From: a virus
DNA length: 64,000 bases
Virus record (IMG/VR): IMGVR_UViG_3300044988_000363
Direction: 5' to 3' (one strand)
Below, piece after piece: positions 10,401 through 19,765 of the stretch. Each line of letters opens with the position of its first letter. The first letter of the stretch is position 1. A model generated the notes under the pieces. The model saw nothing but the letters and a program-made list of their open reading frames with translations, searched no databases and was not told the DNA's origin. The position numbers and the translations under genes were made by a program.

Positions 10401-13400
10401 TTTTTTGGCTTAGTAACACTGTTTCAGTGTAAGGTCTAGTGACAAGAGAACCAGTTAACTGAACGCCAGAAGAACCTGTAGACAGATATTGATACTTTAC
10501 TGAATCTGCTTCATGGAAAGGTCTGATGCAATTTTCTTTAGGATCAATGGAGCATCGATAATCGTCATTTCTGGTATCACCCAAAGAGTGATCTACGAAA
10601 CCGTCAACAAAGAATCCATTTTTAAATCTATCCAGACCAGTAGCAGCATCTGTAATATTTAAATCTGTCGCTGTTTTTTCTAGAAGAGTCAAAGCATTAT
10701 AATAATCTAGATTATCAACTCTATTTTTGATAGTGCCAATATCCTTCATAGTATATCTTCTATTTGCAATATTTTTGGCAGTACAACCATATGTTTGATT
10801 ACCAAGTTGTCTTGCATAAGTTTCAGACAAAGAAGGATATGGTTTGATAAGAACTTTGACCAAAGGCATAACATTATCAGGCGCAATAGGGCTGATAGGA
10901 TTTATGTCTGGTTTGCCTTTATATAAAATGAAATTACCGTTGGTGTCTACAGCAATCAAATCTCTTCTAGCAAGGTAATATGAATAGTCAATATACATAT
11001 TACTTCCAGGAATAGAAGTTCTTAAACCTCCTGTGGGAACATACATAGAAGTAGTTGTTGCTGGATTTACTGTCGCTGCAGAAATATTACCAGTCGAAGT
11101 AGCTTGAGTGCTAGTAGCTGTTGCAGTTTTGTATGGTCTAAAGTCCATAGCATTTCTTAGATCAAACATTTCACCGTATGATGTAGCATACACTGGTATC
11201 TGATAGGTGAAAATAGTGCTTTCAGAAACTGTCGTATCATCAACTGGGTATGAATCAACAGAAAAATAGCCAGCACCGCCAGTATAATCTGCCTCAAAAT
11301 GATCTAATTGCACCAATAAATATTTGTTTTTAATATCAATACCGCCTTTGAATATCAAAGAAGCGTGATCATAAAAACAATCTCTTTGACCATCATCTAG
11401 AGCGAAATATGATGTTACATCATCACCATCAGTGTTATTAACAAATGCACCAGTCTTAATTCTTACAGATCTTACTCTATAAACGTCTGGCAAACCTAAG
11501 TTATATGGACCAACAGTATTAGCAACGTTAGTTGCTGTATTGATCATCACATAACGTCTAGGACTCAATATTTTTTTGACTTCCTGAGCGCCACTTCTAG
11601 TAATATTATAAGTGATTGAACAAGAAACTGAACCTGTTGTGTTTGAAGTGTCTTCTTTCAAATCAACAGTCATGACACCAGAAGATGATAAACTAACATT
11701 TCTGGTTACACCTGAACTGCCCTTTATAGTCAAATCAACTATATCACCAGCCATGTATGATCTATAAATCACGTTAGAAACTGGGCTATTAGAAAGAGTA
11801 CCTACAATACTCATAGATGTATCGCTGTATACTGTGTTTACAAAATAGTAGCTACCGTTTACTTTGATTCTATCACCAGCGTTCAATCTAGAGAAATATG
11901 TAGAAGTTCCAGTAAGATTGCCCTGACCAGAAGTTCCAGATACTACACCAGATGGCGAGAATAAATGAATATCTTTATTAGCATTAACAGTAAGAAGAAT
12001 AGTTCTTTTTTCTGTTGAAGAAAGAGAACCAGTAGAATATGACAATTCTTCCTGATCTGAACCACTCAAAGATAAGGTTAAGATACCGCCAGTAGCAAAG
12101 TTTGTGGTTTTTGTTTCTGTTCTACTGAAATTGAAAATTGTATCAGAAATACCATTATTACCTCTGAGAGATCTAGTATAATTGGTATTAACTTTATAAA
12201 GCAAAGTGTTAAGATTATAATCGTTGAATATTGGAGTACTATTTGAATTTAGTTGAATGTCAGCAAAAAATGTAGAGCTGATACCTACTGATCTAACATT
12301 TGCAATGTTACCGTTAGTAAGCTGAGTATCATATAGATATAATCTATATGAACCGTTAGCTGAACCCTGAGATCCTGAATCGTAAGCAAAATACTTAACT
12401 CTAGCAGTACCGATCAAAGCGCCAGTATTTGCTGTTGATAATGTTGTTTTATTTGTAATTCTCTGTTCAGCAGTATTATAAAGATTTACTAAAGTACCAG
12501 TATCTAAAGATAGGGTTCCTATAGCTTCTTTGACTAGATAATAACCACTTGTTCTTGCATTAATAGTTTCACCGTTTTCAGATTCGTATTCTATGCCCTT
12601 ATCAGTAATAATGTGCTGTGTGACAAGTTTATTAACTTCATAACCTTTTACGTAAGCAACACCTGGATCAATATCGATAGTTAGTTTTTGTGAATCGCCA
12701 CCCTCTGATAATGAGAATAGTCCTTCATTAGAGTTTACGTTTAAATGTTCTCTTACTCTGGCATTAAACCCAGAAACGTAATAATCGCCTGATTCATCAT
12801 AAGTTCTTTTTGCGAATTCGTCATAAATTCTTGCGTATTCAGTTCTTTCTTTAGACTGTTCGATAATGCCATTTTTAATAACAACAAGAATCGAAAAATC
12901 AGGATCAGTAATCTCAGCATCATAATCAACAACAGTAAGAGTAGGATCTACTGCAAATCTATGAGCTCCTGGAGCGTTTTCATTAGGAGATCCTAGAGCG
13001 TTATCCAATAAAGATGGATCTTGTAAATCTGTTATGATTGATTCTACAACTTTAAAACCTGCAATCACAGAAGGAGTTGTGGTATAAAACGAAAGCGCCA
13101 CAGTTTGCGCAGGAAAGGCTGCAAAAAAGCCTTTTGAGAACATTACGCCTTGAGAAATGCTAAAGATAGTTCCTACTGAGTTACAATCTTCTTCTACAGT
13201 TTTAAAGAAATTATTAGGATTGCTGTTGTCAGTGACAATTTCGTCCGTTAGAAAGAAATTAGTATCTGTGCCTGATTTTGTATATCTAACGAAAAATACA
13301 TAAACGTTATTATCAAAATCATAGTCTACGTGTTTTACGTAAGCTTCGACACCGGAAACAGATCCAGTAACAATTTTACCAACAAAATATGATGATTCTA

Positions 13401-13656
13401 GATCTTGGGTTAATGAAACTACCTTTACGGTATCAATGTAATGTTCATAATCAAAAGAACCATCTAATACTATAGAGCCGTTTTTAAATATATGTTGACC
13501 AAATCTATCAATTTGTTTCTGCAGAATAGTCTGCATTTGGTTGAGTTCACGTGCCTGGATAGCTGTAGAAGGTCTGAATAGGACTTTATAATAATTTTTA
13601 GCTTCATCATAATCGTCAAAATAAGGGTTGACGTTAAAATTAGTGTTTATTGGCAT
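7399..13656 (-). CDS. Large virion structural protein, VrlC-like (DUF4815-type)
   Basis: 2085 aa; NFNVNPYFDDYDE...YKVLFRP...QARELNQMQTILQ, RTYDESGDY and DRFKNGFFVDGF motifs. Confidence 0.8.
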   Translation of the reverse strand: MPINTNFNVNPYFDDYDEAKNYYKVLFRPSTAIQARELNQMQTILQKQIDRFGQHIFKNGSIVLDGSFDYEHYIDTVKVVSLTQDLESSYFVGKIVTGSVSGVEAYVKHVDYDFDNNVYVFFVRYTKSGTDTNFFLTDEIVTDNSNPNNFFKTVEEDCNSVGTIFSISQGVMFSKGFFAAFPAQTVALSFYTTTPSVIAGFKVVESIITDLQDPSLLDNALGSPNENAPGAHRFAVDPTLTVVDYDAEITDPDFSILVVIKNGIIEQSKERTEYARIYDEFAKRTYDESGDYYVSGFNARVREHLNVNSNEGLFSLSEGGDSQKLTIDIDPGVAYVKGYEVNKLVTQHIITDKGIEYESENGETINARTSGYYLVKEAIGTLSLDTGTLVNLYNTAEQRITNKTTLSTANTGALIGTARVKYFAYDSGSQGSANGSYRLYLYDTQLTNGNIANVRSVGISSTFFADIQLNSNSTPIFNDYNLNTLLYKVNTNYTRSLRGNNGISDTIFNFSRTETKTTNFATGGILTLSLSGSDQEELSYSTGSLSSTEKRTILLTVNANKDIHLFSPSGVVSGTSGQGNLTGTSTYFSRLNAGDRIKVNGSYYFVNTVYSDTSMSIVGTLSNSPVSNVIYRSYMAGDIVDLTIKGSSGVTRNVSLSSSGVMTVDLKEDTSNTTGSVSCSITYNITRSGAQEVKKILSPRRYVMINTATNVANTVGPYNLGLPDVYRVRSVRIKTGAFVNNTDGDDVTSYFALDDGQRDCFYDHASLIFKGGIDIKNKYLLVQLDHFEADYTGGAGYFSVDSYPVDDTTVSESTIFTYQIPVYATSYGEMFDLRNAMDFRPYKTATATSTQATSTGNISAATVNPATTTSMYVPTGGLRTSIPGSNMYIDYSYYLARRDLIAVDTNGNFILYKGKPDINPISPIAPDNVMPLVKVLIKPYPSLSETYARQLGNQTYGCTAKNIANRRYTMKDIGTIKNRVDNLDYYNALTLLEKTATDLNITDAATGLDRFKNGFFVDGFVDHSLGDTRNDDYRCSIDPKENCIRPFHEADSVKYQYLSTGSSGVQLTGSLVTRPYTETVLLSQKNISTRRNIEYSVYRFVGRMTFRPETDIWHDQKTVDKKITYGDDLPNPILLSTEWTSWEKYGVGKPVYNVYSTNEGGYGNSWNGGKSLEGSFSSYKEALDFAKPVKTNTLPANYYAYNAGGGYNPRTPYYLANGQLVTGYFGWSTNPDISIQMGGYNGYPHLGEAMRSFAIEGTDPGTTERRSKVEKSLDWGTETQTLGSFVTDVTLATYIRPQTITIIVQGLKARTRYWVYFDSENMTSYCSQWVASNLFGAKPDSYKAEGAELITNDGGDLVFDLRLPTTGKRFKVGTKEVIVTDSPTNAVDATSHARGYWTSLGINAQKQNTIVSTVVPTIETNSTPEERFIPGKGQTLEIWACSCMAYSFKVDVPPTEDGIFLTSVDIFIESMHPTLGVWFEIREMNAGGVTKNQVPYSEVWMKRTDPRIKLNPVGTTNFQATKVNFPAPVYLMNNTSYAFVIHTEGLNPDTYFWVSRLGETDVLTNSQITSRRLTGTLYTTNNNTNYDMVPDVDLTCTFNRANFAVGSGTAMLGNIPVEYIKLKTGAGAFTNYGEEIVGSAKLALTSIVSTGNTIVIGDILTGSSSGAVGNVTAVGAGSLYSTTGIGFSNTETVTVKNSSGTLKNISATVNGVYSGSGKLKSYDSANNIFIIEDSNGLYLTNGVVKGVRSANVGVIDSFTYYPYSTTCLKPHYLTFRNTSCGFEKRGWRSDTNAYGNYYPGIPDVSSDFYEENKILSRVNEISLNSSNPSSQARATLTTSSVYVSPVIDLSRGNSVYVHNLINADDPDVLILSNINQGANTIIIGDKIVGTVNGYVTSIIGNTVITDVNGYANAEIITVYESTGTTSKGISANVISVSKSEDQISGGSLINRYISKVITLAEGQDAEDLIVKITAYRPVGTDVKVWFKVANAEDYQGLSNKKWTPMAYFDSVYSSTANDKDFLEFDYSISPNNYDGNGILQYTSEGNTFKGFKQFQIKIGLYGNADGISSALVPKVGDLRVIALQR

Positions 13657-13669
13657 TTTCTAATCCTGT

Positions 13670-15229
13670 TTAAAATTCTACAATCAACTTGAACGATTCA
13701 GTCTGTGTGTTTGATCTTTCAACTGTATTTATATTCTGAACATAAAGAGGTCTAACGTCTTTAGTGTAAATTGCGCCTTCTGCACTTATAGTTATATTGA
13801 GGGTAGGTGTACCATTTTCATAAGTGATTCTCTCACCATCTTCAAAACTTCTGTCTCCAGCTACATACATTGCACTAGAATTAACAAAAGCTATAATTCC
13901 TTTAGCTCCAGAGCTTTCTCCATAGATAACATCTTCAACGTTGAAAGTGTAATATATGTTATTGATATCAAATTTCAAAAGTTGATTAAAAGTGTTAGTT
14001 TGATACCTGTTTTCACTTTTTTCGAAATTTATATCCATAGCGTATGGATTTTTCATTAAACCGATTTTAGAGTAATTAATATTGTCTGGTATTGTGGTCA
14101 ATTCGTTGTTAGAAAATCTAAAAGCTACACAGAATCCTTTGGCGTCTAATTCTGATGTTGGGTCGCTTCCATGCCCTCCAGGAGGAGGAACAATAGCATA
14201 AGCTGTGGCTCCGGATCCCCAAAGAGTATTACTCTGAATTGAGACATTGGCTCTTGTGATTCCAGTTCCAATGTCAAGCATAGTTATACTACCAATAGAA
14301 TTCTGATAAGGATTGATTGTAGTATAAGCTTTTGGTCGAGCTCCGAGATCAGCGTCTGTATTGAAAACTACTCTTGGGCTGATTTTATATTGAGTCTCGC
14401 CTTCAATTATATTATCTGTATTGATTCCTTCGTCTTGCACTCTTACGAAATTACCAGTAGTATTAGAAATATATTGTTTCACATATGTTAATTGAGAAGT
14501 TGTTTCTAATGTGTTATAGATATAAATTCCATTTTTAGTATAATATTCATTGAAAGATGATGCATTTGAAGAAATCTGAATCATGGTACTATTAATAATA
14601 GCTTCCACAATACCGTCATGGTGTGCATCATAACCAGATCCTGGGTTAGTAATGACAACAACTTCTACGCCTGAATAGCTTGATGCAGTAGCATAGATAT
14701 TTTGATCTGTATAAACTGGAATATAGTCATCTGTTGCAAATTTATCGTAGTTTGCAGAAGAAACAGAATAAACATAACGCCAAACATAACCATCTGAAGT
14801 TTGAAATGACAATTTGCCTTGAGGGTCACCAATGGTGCTTGGGTCAATTATAGAAGGAGCGCCATTGGCGTTATCTATACATTTATAGATCAAATAGTTG
14901 CCACCAACAATGCCAGGAATACACACAGTGTAAAAATTACTGTTAGAATGTAATGTATCTGAGGTATTATCATATTCGTCGAATACTTTTCCATATTCCC
15001 ATTGTTTATTGTCTATGACTAATGTAACATCATTATAAGTAAGTCGTTTACCAAAAAGCATTGACCAAACAGGATAATTTGTGTCATAATCGTCGTTTGC
15101 TAGCGTGGGGACAGTGAGGCTAGAAACAGGATCAGCAGCAAAAGCGTAATAATCGCTTGAGCCTGACAACATATTATCTTTCATTTCATCAATGAGAGCT
15201 TTTTTGTATGTAGGTAGTAACTTACCCAT
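13670..15229 (-). CDS. gp8: Baseplate wedge subunit gp8-like
   Basis: YKCIDN...SDGYVWRYVY and PPGGHGSDP motifs; position next to gp7. Confidence 0.8.
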   Translation of the reverse strand: MGKLLPTYKKALIDEMKDNMLSGSSDYYAFAADPVSSLTVPTLANDDYDTNYPVWSMLFGKRLTYNDVTLVIDNKQWEYGKVFDEYDNTSDTLHSNSNFYTVCIPGIVGGNYLIYKCIDNANGAPSIIDPSTIGDPQGKLSFQTSDGYVWRYVYSVSSANYDKFATDDYIPVYTDQNIYATASSYSGVEVVVITNPGSGYDAHHDGIVEAIINSTMIQISSNASSFNEYYTKNGIYIYNTLETTSQLTYVKQYISNTTGNFVRVQDEGINTDNIIEGETQYKISPRVVFNTDADLGARPKAYTTINPYQNSIGSITMLDIGTGITRANVSIQSNTLWGSGATAYAIVPPPGGHGSDPTSELDAKGFCVAFRFSNNELTTIPDNINYSKIGLMKNPYAMDINFEKSENRYQTNTFNQLLKFDINNIYYTFNVEDVIYGESSGAKGIIAFVNSSAMYVAGDRSFEDGERITYENGTPTLNITISAEGAIYTKDVRPLYVQNINTVERSNTQTESFKLIVEF

Positions 15230-15239
15230 TTAATAACCC

Positions 15240-16175
15240 TTACTTACCGATAGCAATATAATAAACGTTTGTTGCAGTAGCATTAGAAGTTCTTACTGTT
15301 GCACCGCTTACTGTTCTTGCTGTAAAATAAACGTAATCTGCAGTATTACCTGTAGCAGTAATTGAAAATACTGCAGTACTAAAAACGTCTGCAAAAGATA
15401 TAGAACCAGTGCTAGTGTTAGACAACACCCATCCCCAAGTCATCTTTAGACCGTTTGGAAGAAAAGTGTAACCATTAGCAGCGGCTGTATGCGAACCTAA
15501 TGTAAATCCAGTGTTTGATACTACATTAGCTGCCGGCAGAGTGGCCATAGTTGTATTAATAGTAACATTAGCACCAACGGTTATTTTACCAGGTTCAACA
15601 TTAGCCTGACCAGAAGTACCGTTGGCAACACGAACAATACTATAATCCAAAAGCAAGTTTGCTGATGTATTACCACAGGAAATAGCTTGGTTATTAATGC
15701 TAACGTTAGCACCAACAAGAATTCTATTTGGATGAATAACTATAGAACCCTGAGTGTTATTAGCAATAGAAATATTAGTTCCATTAGCAAATACATTTGA
15801 TGTTGCGTTTCCAATAGCGATAACAGAACTGTTTACTGTTGCCCTAAAAGCTCCAGAGGTTGTATTTCCGATACTAAGCTGCGCAGCTGTTAAATTGGCA
15901 GTATATGTATTGTTAGAAACCTGAATTGTGTATGTATTTACTACTGATTTTGAAGAATTTGTAGCATTAGCGACCTGAACGCTTGGAGCCGCTGTTGAAT
16001 TTGAAGTAAGGATAACATTTGACGTTGTATTACCAACTGTTACCCAACTAGTGACTGTAGGATTACTGAAAGCATTAGCCAAACTTTCATTAACCTTAAT
16101 CATAGCAGTTCTTAGTGGATCGCCAGTTCCATCATTAGCTGTCGTTCCAACATCAATTTCTTGATATGTACCCAT
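15240..16175 (-). CDS. Baseplate-attached short fibre (gp9/gp10-type N-terminus)
   Basis: IDVGTTANDGTGDPLRTAMIKVN N-terminal motif; C-terminal NGYTFLPNGLKMTWG fibre-tip domain. Confidence 0.7.
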   Translation of the reverse strand: MGTYQEIDVGTTANDGTGDPLRTAMIKVNESLANAFSNPTVTSWVTVGNTTSNVILTSNSTAAPSVQVANATNSSKSVVNTYTIQVSNNTYTANLTAAQLSIGNTTSGAFRATVNSSVIAIGNATSNVFANGTNISIANNTQGSIVIHPNRILVGANVSINNQAISCGNTSANLLLDYSIVRVANGTSGQANVEPGKITVGANVTINTTMATLPAANVVSNTGFTLGSHTAAANGYTFLPNGLKMTWGWVLSNTSTGSISFADVFSTAVFSITATGNTADYVYFTARTVSGATVRTSNATATNVYYIAIGK

Positions 16176-16189
16176 AAATTTGTCCCCTT

Positions 16190-19100
16190 TTAATAAGCAA
16201 TAATATCCGAAGTTACGAATCTAGAATTACTGTCTGCTGTTAGATGAACGTAAATATCCCCATTTGAGTTCAAATCTCTATCGACAGAGATAACAATAAA
16301 ATCAGATCTGTTAGTTATATTGTCAACTTTGATTGCAATATTATCAACAGAAACTGTAGGAATATCAGCATATTCATAATAGTCATAAACATATGTATCT
16401 ACTGTGAAATGATCCTCATCACAAGTAATAAAATCTCCTGAAACTAGAGTATAAAGTGTAACAGGATCAGTATTAGCATATGATTGATCATATGCGATTT
16501 GCATAATAGAAGTATTTAGATCTTTGTATAAATACTTACCAAATAATTCAGAACCAGCAGAGTGGAAAGTTTCGTTAATTATATCTTTGTATTTAGAAAG
16601 ATTTTTTGCAGCCCTGATTTCATAAGAATAATCTTGATAATAATAACTATCTTGGATGTATTTATCGGAATCCAAGAAACTTCTTGTAGAATTCCAGAAT
16701 CCTTTGCCTTCTCCTATACCTTTTTTGTTGACAAGGCCAGTAACTTCTACCAGAGTATTAAATTCTACCAATTCAGAAGTCAAAAATGCATTTTTGCCAT
16801 TTTTTGTTTGGACAAGCACCTGAGGAGCCTGTCTGTAACCCGATCCACCATTCAATACTGTTGCGTCAACAATTCCGCCTGATGTATTTGTAGTTATGAA
16901 TCCTGTGGCAATAGTTCCTGGATCTCCGCCGGCGAAAACCAATTTTTCGTTGTTAGCATATCCAGTTCCGCCTTGAACAATTGTAATAGCATCTGAAACT
17001 GCATTATACAAATAAGCAGTTACTTCTTCACCTTCAACATAACCAATACCAGAATCAAGACTAGTAACAGACTTAATAGCATTATTTCCTGAGCTAGGAA
17101 TAGCCGTGATTCTTTCGTTTTCACCATTTATAGAACCATTAGCACTATACATCAATGTGTCATATATGGCAAAATTGGCAGGTATAGTTGTTGGAGCCAT
17201 AAAATATTTTGCTTTATCTGTTGAATTATAAATTGTATTTCCATACAGATACATTTTTGTATTGCTAACAACTTCTTTAATAACTTGGAATTCAACAGTA
17301 TTAGAATCCGCACTATTCGCTTGGAAACAAATTACATCGTTCGCCTCAAAAACCTCTGAGAACACTGTGCCAAAATTAGCATTTGTTATTTCGTCACTAG
17401 TAAGAGTAACAATATAATTATTTGTGTAATTGATATAGTAATAAGAATTACCTGTCAGACCGTCTAAAGCAGTATTGCCATTAGGCACTACGTATTCAAT
17501 TCTTTGACCAAAAGTCAATTCAGAGTATTCTAATGCTATACTAGAACTATTGACAAAGTTCACATAATAATATGTATTACCAGTCAATCCGTTTAGCGGA
17601 GTATTGCTATTAGGAACTTGATAATAAACTCTATCGCCTTTTGCGAAATAGCTACTGGCTGAGCTTATTTTGATAGTATCTGTGTTATAATCAAAACCAC
17701 TAGAATTAGCATAGAAATTATAAGAAACATTATTTCTTACCAATACTATACTATGAGTTTCATTCGAGTTTGCGCCAGGAGCAGTGTTATTAATGCTAAC
17801 GTTAGCAACGTTATATCCTCGGCTCAACTTTATTGGCTTAATCCAATTTCCCAACAAACTGAAGCCATTACCGTTCGCATAAAATGCAAACTGTGTTCCT
17901 GTTTCGTCTTCTATATAATGTGTTTCTGCTGGGTTATCAGCTTCACGAACAACTGCAAGGATATCCACATTTGCGCCAAGAACAGGAGTTGATCCAGTAA
18001 CATAATAAGCAAACCCAACATCAAAAACTGCACCACTACCGCTTGAATTACCACCAATAGAATTTGAAACTACAATGGTAGGGTTCAAATTAATAAAATT
18101 AGTTCCTGGATTAGTAACTACAAATGATAGATTTCCACCAGTGCTATTAGTAGATAATGATAAGGTAGCATTAGTTCCAAGAGCATTGGCAGTCAAAGCA
18201 ATAGATGTAGTGTTTACGAAATTAATCCAGTAATAATTATTACCTGTAAGCCCTCTCAAAGCAGTATTATTGGTAGGAACTTGGTAATAAACCTTATCGC
18301 CTTTTGCAAAATAATCGTCTGCTTGATAAATATAAATTACATCAGAGGTATTACTAAATCCTTGAGAATTTGCATAAAATTGATAAATTGCGCCGTTGCT
18401 TACTAAAACAATATCATGAAGCTCTGCAGGATCAGTAGTTCCTCTTGCATCTCTAATATTAACATTAGATCTTAAATTTACTACAGTGATAATATCTGTA
18501 TTGTTATAATTTGTAGCAATACCAGTATAAATTAATTCTCTGACTTCCAGAGCGTCTGCAGAATATGTGACTTTTCCTGGCAATTCATTAGATGTAATTA
18601 CTGATCTTGTAAATGTAGTAGCTGGTTTAGTATAATTGTTACCAATTTTAATATTTCTAAGATTTAGAATTCTACCAAAAGTACCACCTTTATAAGTCAA
18701 AACGTCATTTAATGTTGAATTGATATTACCAATTAGGTTTTTATCAAACCCAAAAGTTGCATCGTTTAGATAAACTCTTTTATAGTTGTATATTATATCA
18801 TCATTATATAATACATATCTTTTAGAATAAAGGTTACGAATATTGAATCCGCCGCCTGTACCTGTTTTATCATATGTGTCATTATAGAGAAATGTGAGAG
18901 AATTAGCTGTAAAACCAAATCCGCTACTCTGAACTCTAATTGTCAAAGCACCAATTTGTTTGAATACTTCTGCTACTCTTATTAGACCTTCTTTACCATA
19001 AGAAATAATATCGTCGGTAATGGGATCTCTATAAACAAGTTTTAGAACGTCGCCAACATTAAAATCCTGACCGCCAATAGTAACGTCAAGATTATACATA

Positions 19101-19765
19101 GAACCAAGAACTACTGGAGCTTGATAATTTATTTCACTGTTAGCAAAAAAGTCATAACGAATTATCTTTTCGCCGATGATAAATTCGCCGCCGTTTGGAA
19201 GAACATTAGTAATGTAAACAAGATTTACAATATCGTTGTTATATCTTTGTTGAACATAATTTTCAACAACAGCAAAAGTATTAGAAGAAGTGCCAACAAT
19301 AGTTTTACCAACCCAATCTTTCATTACATCATTATCAGTAATTTCTAGATATTGGGGCTTATACCAATTACCATCAGACACTCTCATAACATCAGTGCCT
19401 GGAAGGTAAATGTCTACATCTTCGTCATAAATTAATCTGAAAAGAAGCTTATAACAGTATATTGACCCTTTAGATCTGTAAACGTCAAGAATATGCTTTA
19501 GTAGAAATCTTTTGTTTGAAATGATATCAAACGGAATACCATACAGATACTTTTTCTGAAAGTGCTGTAAAAAGTCTTCAGTAGTATTATCGATATCTCT
19601 ATTGTCGAATAAGCTTCTGGCTTCGCCAATAGGGTTGCCTTCGCTTTCCATCCATTCGTAATATGCCTTCATAAACAATATGAAGGTTGGTCCATCTTCC
19701 TGATAAAATTGCGGGAATTGGTTCTCTACGAAATTAGAGATATATTTTTCTACTGAAAATTCCAT
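16190..19765 (-). CDS. gp7: Baseplate wedge initiator gp7-like with inserted repeats
   Basis: FMKAYYEWME, YRSKGS...LFRLIY and IQDSYYYQDYSYEI motifs; follows gp6. Confidence 0.75.
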   Translation of the reverse strand: MEFSVEKYISNFVENQFPQFYQEDGPTFILFMKAYYEWMESEGNPIGEARSLFDNRDIDNTTEDFLQHFQKKYLYGIPFDIISNKRFLLKHILDVYRSKGSIYCYKLLFRLIYDEDVDIYLPGTDVMRVSDGNWYKPQYLEITDNDVMKDWVGKTIVGTSSNTFAVVENYVQQRYNNDIVNLVYITNVLPNGGEFIIGEKIIRYDFFANSEINYQAPVVLGSMYNLDVTIGGQDFNVGDVLKLVYRDPITDDIISYGKEGLIRVAEVFKQIGALTIRVQSSGFGFTANSLTFLYNDTYDKTGTGGGFNIRNLYSKRYVLYNDDIIYNYKRVYLNDATFGFDKNLIGNINSTLNDVLTYKGGTFGRILNLRNIKIGNNYTKPATTFTRSVITSNELPGKVTYSADALEVRELIYTGIATNYNNTDIITVVNLRSNVNIRDARGTTDPAELHDIVLVSNGAIYQFYANSQGFSNTSDVIYIYQADDYFAKGDKVYYQVPTNNTALRGLTGNNYYWINFVNTTSIALTANALGTNATLSLSTNSTGGNLSFVVTNPGTNFINLNPTIVVSNSIGGNSSGSGAVFDVGFAYYVTGSTPVLGANVDILAVVREADNPAETHYIEDETGTQFAFYANGNGFSLLGNWIKPIKLSRGYNVANVSINNTAPGANSNETHSIVLVRNNVSYNFYANSSGFDYNTDTIKISSASSYFAKGDRVYYQVPNSNTPLNGLTGNTYYYVNFVNSSSIALEYSELTFGQRIEYVVPNGNTALDGLTGNSYYYINYTNNYIVTLTSDEITNANFGTVFSEVFEANDVICFQANSADSNTVEFQVIKEVVSNTKMYLYGNTIYNSTDKAKYFMAPTTIPANFAIYDTLMYSANGSINGENERITAIPSSGNNAIKSVTSLDSGIGYVEGEEVTAYLYNAVSDAITIVQGGTGYANNEKLVFAGGDPGTIATGFITTNTSGGIVDATVLNGGSGYRQAPQVLVQTKNGKNAFLTSELVEFNTLVEVTGLVNKKGIGEGKGFWNSTRSFLDSDKYIQDSYYYQDYSYEIRAAKNLSKYKDIINETFHSAGSELFGKYLYKDLNTSIMQIAYDQSYANTDPVTLYTLVSGDFITCDEDHFTVDTYVYDYYEYADIPTVSVDNIAIKVDNITNRSDFIVISVDRDLNSNGDIYVHLTADSNSRFVTSDIIAY

